A DNA stretch of 64,000 bases from a virus, in IMG/VR virus record IMGVR_UViG_3300020204_000008; one strand, given 5' to 3'. The notes under the pieces were generated by a model that saw only the letters and a list, made by a program, of their open reading frames with translations, was not told the DNA's origin and searched no databases. This document shows, piece by piece, positions 60,191 through 64,000 of the stretch. The position numbers were made by a program, and so were the translations under genes. Each line of letters opens with the position of its first letter. Position 1 is the stretch's first letter.

Positions 60191-60436
60191 ATGAAACCAC
60201 TTCTCACATTTTCCGTTTTATTACTGATGAGCTGCTCCAATTGGAGATACCAAAGGGTGCAATATCTAAGATGTAAAAAATTAGATGAGATCCACGTTCA
60301 TCTATATCATCATGATAGTTGTGAGTGGAATTGTCTTCATCTAAACGAACAGCATGTAATCGTCGTAGACTCATTTAAGGTAAAATATAGAGTAAATAGC
60401 AAAGGTGAAGTAACAAAAATAAAACTAATAAGATGA
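60191..60436 (+). CDS. Putative small lipoprotein, Cys/His-rich
   Basis: MKPLLTFSVLLLMS-C lipobox. Confidence 0.5.
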   Translation: MKPLLTFSVLLLMSCSNWRYQRVQYLRCKKLDEIHVHLYHHDSCEWNCLHLNEQHVIVVDSFKVKYRVNSKGEVTKIKLIR

Positions 60437-60561
60437 AAAAATACCTAAGATTTTTCTGTAGATCACTGCTCGCCCTGTTTATAATTCCAGGACTCATTTT
60501 AACCGTTCCTGGCATTCTTCTTTTTTTATTATTTGAGGAATTCATCAACACAAAAGAATAA
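60433..60561 (+). CDS. Small membrane peptide (42 aa)
   Basis: ATGA overlap; long hydrophobic stretch. Confidence 0.45.
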   Translation: MKKYLRFFCRSLLALFIIPGLILTVPGILLFLLFEEFINTKE

Positions 60562-60594
60562 CTTTTAAATCATTAACCTTTAAATCAGAATAAG

Positions 60595-60828
60595 ATGGCA
60601 GAGTTTTCTAAACAGTACTGTGAATCTCATGATCATGAGATTATTCCTGATTTTGATATATTGGAGATCGCGTCAGAACTATCCAATGAACATTACCTTC
60701 CTGCAATCTGTGAAGGTTATGGATTTATTGCAATCGGAAAAAACGAACTTGGTGAAATTATCCTTGCTTTTAGAAAGGATGCGGATCAAGTTGAATGGAA
60801 ACCTTACCTAGAAGTAGTAGTAGTATAA
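60595..60828 (+). CDS. Hypothetical phage protein
   Basis: MAEFSKQY...ICEGYGF pattern. Confidence 0.6.
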   Translation: MAEFSKQYCESHDHEIIPDFDILEIASELSNEHYLPAICEGYGFIAIGKNELGEIILAFRKDADQVEWKPYLEVVVV

Positions 60829-61062
60829 TAAAAAACATATCACTATGACAATCGCACAAACGCCTAAAGAAAAAAATAAAAAGACCCGCTAAGTGTGGGC
60901 GACCGTGGATCACAATCCATTAACCATAGCGAGTATAATAAAATTATAGGATTATTTCTAATATCTTTTCAGCCACTGCAATCGCATCGCTTTCACCCAA
61001 TACTTCTTCTTCCGGTCTTCTAGCAACTACTGCGCGTATACTATCCTAGACATATTAATAGA

Positions 61063-61431
61063 TTATTTTAGGGTCAATAAATATTTAAGCTTATTGATTG
61101 CAGCCAGCATCTCATCTCTTAAGTTTAAGAGATCACTGTCCTTGTTACCATCTAGTTTATGATTAAAACTTAATAAGAATTCTACAATAGTGTCCAGGAA
61201 TTCCTCTATGTTTACCTCGCCTATATTACCCAATAGGATGGTGTCAGTCTCTCCTTCTAGAGCAACCCGACCGTATTTTCCCATGTATATTTCCATAAAA
61301 TCATCAGATAGTGCACTAAGAGTATCATAGATCCCCCCGTATGCAATGTGCTTGGAATAAGATTGTGTCTGCCAATGAAACACTTTAAACTGGGATTGGA
61401 TACCTAAAAAGGTAGACATTAAGCTAGTCAT
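61063..61431 (-). CDS. Ferritin/Dps-like four-helix protein
   Basis: FHWQTQSYSKHIAYGGIYD...DDFMEIYMG...LRDEML ferritin-like ligands; late motif at 61447-61455. Confidence 0.7.
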   Translation of the reverse strand: MTSLMSTFLGIQSQFKVFHWQTQSYSKHIAYGGIYDTLSALSDDFMEIYMGKYGRVALEGETDTILLGNIGEVNIEEFLDTIVEFLLSFNHKLDGNKDSDLLNLRDEMLAAINKLKYLLTLK

Positions 61432-61464
61432 AACTTGAAGTTTTTATTATTTATCTACTAAAAC

Positions 61465-61495
61465 AAAAAAAGAGGACTCTTTCGAATCCTCTTTT
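61465..61495 (-). terminator. Terminator downstream of major capsid gene
   Basis: Minus strand GAGGATTC-GAAA-GAGTCCTC-TTTTTTT. Confidence 0.85.
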
Positions 61496-61516
61496 AATTA
61501 TCTAAATATGTTTAGA

Positions 61517-63172
61517 TTATACTCCACTTTCTACAAATGAAGTAGAACCTGTAAGAACTCCAATAGCCTCTGGATCGATCTCCATGCTTACGTATTGAGT
61601 TTCAGGGTGCCATCCTGCTTCAGTAATCGCGTATCTTGATTTCATACCGATTTTTGGAGAGAATGTTCCTTCAGAAATAGTCTGAAGAGATTCAGCCATG
61701 ATGTATGGCATGAATTTAACACCTGGTTCTTCGTCTGCTCCTTTACGCCCGATCGCAAGTCTAGAATCTCCCCAAGACAGGTTAGGGTCAACATAAACTT
61801 GTACACCGTAAACTTTACCAGCTGGGTAAAGGTTACCTGCAACTCCACCAATATCGGTTGGAACTTGTGCGATTGAGTAACCAGCAACATCAGCCATTGC
61901 AGAAGCAATACGTCCGTTAGTTACTAAGAAAGTACCAGCTCCGAAACGTCCCCTATGGTAGATTAAGTTAGCAAGTTCAAGAACTTTAGTAACTAATCTT
62001 CTTTGTAGAGTAGATGTGTTATCGAATCCACCAGCAGTCAAGTCAAGGTTAGTTACACCTGCACCTTCAACTAATGCAACTTCAGCAGAGTGAACGTCAG
62101 CTAATTGTAATACTCGGTCAACTAATCTTTTGTTGATTGATTGAGCTAAGTCATTAACTGCTACGTTTTCTAACATAGAGATAACGTCATAATTCCAAAC
62201 TCTGTTTAAGTCTTGGATTTGCTCAACAGTTGCAGAGATAGACACTTGGTCAGTCTCAGCCTCAACAAACTTAGTGAACATTCTTAATCCCATTTGACGG
62301 AATTTAGAGTTTTCACCAGCCTCTCTCCTCATTGATCCAGGAACGTCTCCTGTAGCAGGAAGGTAAGAACCGTTGAATGCAGTAGTTGCGTAATCTGCAT
62401 CAGATACAGATGTGAAACCAGAGATGTGGTTTTCCAATGCAGAAACTAGAGAAACTCCAGTTGCAACGCCAGAAGAAGTATCACCATTGATAGTGATAGT
62501 GTTAGTAATGATTGATGAAGCTAATGTGTTAGTACCGTTATCTTCGACTACTTTAGCGATCAACTGACCGTCAACGCGAGAGTAACCTACGAATGTTAAA
62601 TCAAAATCACCAGCACCAGATCCACCAACTGTGATTACATCACCAGGAGCTGGAACCGTGCTGAAAGAAGCTGAAGTAACTCCTTCGATTTTAACTAAAT
62701 ATGGATCGAAATCACCAGCACCAGTTCTACCACCTGCATATAAATAATCCAAGTAAGGAAGGAATCCAACTGGAGAATCCATAGGGATAACTGGAACTAG
62801 GTCGAAACCAATAGTTTTTGCAGCTACTTGGATAGCAACTGGAAGAAGAGATGGGAATTTATCGCCAGATCCGTTTCCTGTAGCAGTGTAGCTGTTTTTT
62901 ACACCAGCTGAAAAAGGAGTACCTCCGTTATTGAAAGTAGGTGCTTGTGGATTTCCCATAAAACCACCAAGAGAACCTGGAGTTTGGAAAAATACACCTG
63001 GAGCAGTGGATTCAAAGATAGGTGTAGTGTTATCAAAGATCGCGTGGTTGTGAGCGTACTCAGCTAACCATGGAGTCTTAGCAACATCAGCACCGTAACC
63101 TTCTAAAATCGGCTGCCATGTGTTCGTTAAGCGATTGTCGCTTGAACGTCTGAAAATTTTAGTACGTGCCAT
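61517..63172 (-). CDS. gp23: Major capsid protein (gp23-like)
   Basis: WQPILE, DLVPVIPMDSP, EQIQDL, HRGRFGAGTFLV, FMPY, PKIGMKSRYA; strong codon bias. Confidence 0.93.
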   Translation of the reverse strand: MARTKIFRRSSDNRLTNTWQPILEGYGADVAKTPWLAEYAHNHAIFDNTTPIFESTAPGVFFQTPGSLGGFMGNPQAPTFNNGGTPFSAGVKNSYTATGNGSGDKFPSLLPVAIQVAAKTIGFDLVPVIPMDSPVGFLPYLDYLYAGGRTGAGDFDPYLVKIEGVTSASFSTVPAPGDVITVGGSGAGDFDLTFVGYSRVDGQLIAKVVEDNGTNTLASSIITNTITINGDTSSGVATGVSLVSALENHISGFTSVSDADYATTAFNGSYLPATGDVPGSMRREAGENSKFRQMGLRMFTKFVEAETDQVSISATVEQIQDLNRVWNYDVISMLENVAVNDLAQSINKRLVDRVLQLADVHSAEVALVEGAGVTNLDLTAGGFDNTSTLQRRLVTKVLELANLIYHRGRFGAGTFLVTNGRIASAMADVAGYSIAQVPTDIGGVAGNLYPAGKVYGVQVYVDPNLSWGDSRLAIGRKGADEEPGVKFMPYIMAESLQTISEGTFSPKIGMKSRYAITEAGWHPETQYVSMEIDPEAIGVLTGSTSFVESGV

Positions 63173-63199
63173 TTGTTAAAATGATTTTTTTAGTTTTTG

Positions 63200-64000
63200 T
63201 TACAATCTAGAACCTGCGTTTCTCAACATCGTTTCTAAGTAACCTTGAGAGTAACCTCTCTGCATCTCAACAACCTGATTTACAGGTATTAGGCCTTCTG
63301 TACTTTGGCTTTCGTTGAGTTGTTGCGTTATTTTTGTGTTGTATTTTTGTGCTTCAATTCTTTCATTGATTCCTCTCATATCTAAGTCATCCCAAAATGC
63401 TTTAACTTGGTATGGAGTGTTTACAGTATAAAGCTGTGCTTTTGCATGAACTTTACTTTGTTCTTTCTCATTCATCTCGCTCCAGATAGCTTTATATTCT
63501 GCTGGCATGAATCTAATATAAGTAGGAATGTTTTGCTCTTTATTGTTTACTACTGCTTCCATGATTCCAACGATATCGTTTTCGTTAAACCATACAGATC
63601 CGTTAAGAGCTTCAACAATCGCTTGTTTAGTGTCTGATTGTAAGTTAAAGAATACTTTCTTGTTTGCCTCTCCCATAACTTTTAAGAAAGGGTGTTTGCT
63701 TTCAAGAACTGCTTTAGAAGACTTATCGTTTACTTCAGTGATCACTTGGTCAACCTTAGAGATTAGGTGATCGATTGAAGACTCATTTAATTTAGAAACC
63801 GATCCAAGAACGTTTCTTCTACCTACAGTAGTTCCTTCTCCTAAAGACTCAGCGATATATTCAGAGTAACCGATAGATTGGCCTAACTTTTCAGCAACAT
63901 ACTGAGAATATTCTCTATTTAAGTTGATGTTTTCTGAAAGGTATTCTCCGAACTCGATAGAACGGTTAGTCCCTTCAGCAACGTATTCAACATACTGTAA
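63200..64000 (-). CDS. Prohead scaffold/core (possibly protease-fused) protein, C-terminal part; N-terminus beyond the right edge
   Basis: The frame stays open from 63745 to the edge (LQYVEYVAEGTNRSIEFGEYLSENINLNREYSQYVAEKLGQSIGYSEYIAE...), so the ORF track start is too short; lies immediately upstream of the capsid gene. Confidence 0.75.
   Translation of the reverse strand, partial: LQYVEYVAEGTNRSIEFGEYLSENINLNREYSQYVAEKLGQSIGYSEYIAESLGEGTTVGRRNVLGSVSKLNESSIDHLISKVDQVITEVNDKSSKAVLESKHPFLKVMGEANKKVFFNLQSDTKQAIVEALNGSVWFNENDIVGIMEAVVNNKEQNIPTYIRFMPAEYKAIWSEMNEKEQSKVHAKAQLYTVNTPYQVKAFWDDLDMRGINERIEAQKYNTKITQQLNESQSTEGLIPVNQVVEMQRGYSQGYLETMLRNAGSRL

Noticed and set aside
60944-61053. Possible small minus-strand ORF (DSIRAVVARRPEEEVLGESDAIAVAEKILEIIL) or TAG read-through
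   Set aside because: The nearby ATG is in a different frame that hits TAG after 8 codons; remnant, sequencing error and chance cannot be distinguished

Overview
This 64-kb window comes from a large, AT-rich, T4-like contractile-tailed (probably jumbo) bacteriophage that uses the standard genetic code. The host is most likely a Bacteroidota member, inferred from A-rich leaders with no Shine-Dalgarno sequence, an Hc1/'histone H1'-like gene and SC-type lipoboxes. Minus-strand late modules encode giant tail/baseplate proteins, a gp55-like sigma factor, tail sheath, tail tube, major capsid protein and a scaffold/protease fragment. Plus-strand modules encode replication, repair and nucleotide functions (gp32, RNase H, half of PolB, UvsX, gp41, gp46/47, topoisomerase II, NrdAB, UvsE, DinG, a NEIL1-like glycosylase), GroEL/GroES and a ribosomal protein S1-like gene. 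Highlights: (1) a family of late proteins carries an N-terminal T4-like capsid-targeting/cleavage tag (e.g. MLKSFIQFINE). The cargoes include a CX5R phosphatase in a cassette bounded by a duplicated terminator-promoter-tag unit, a HExxH protein and an OmpA-like protein, suggesting a modular system of virion-packaged effectors. (2) UvsX/RecA is broken into two genes joined by a naturally split intein. (3) The phage has a T4-type cytosine-modification kit (Asp-type thymidylate synthase homologue, gp56-like dCTPase, dCMP deaminase). (4) The DNA glycosylase looks like eukaryotic NEIL1 rather than bacterial Fpg/Nei. (5) Two recurrent promoter motifs separate late from early/middle genes. All assignments come from motif recognition by eye; no database searches were run.
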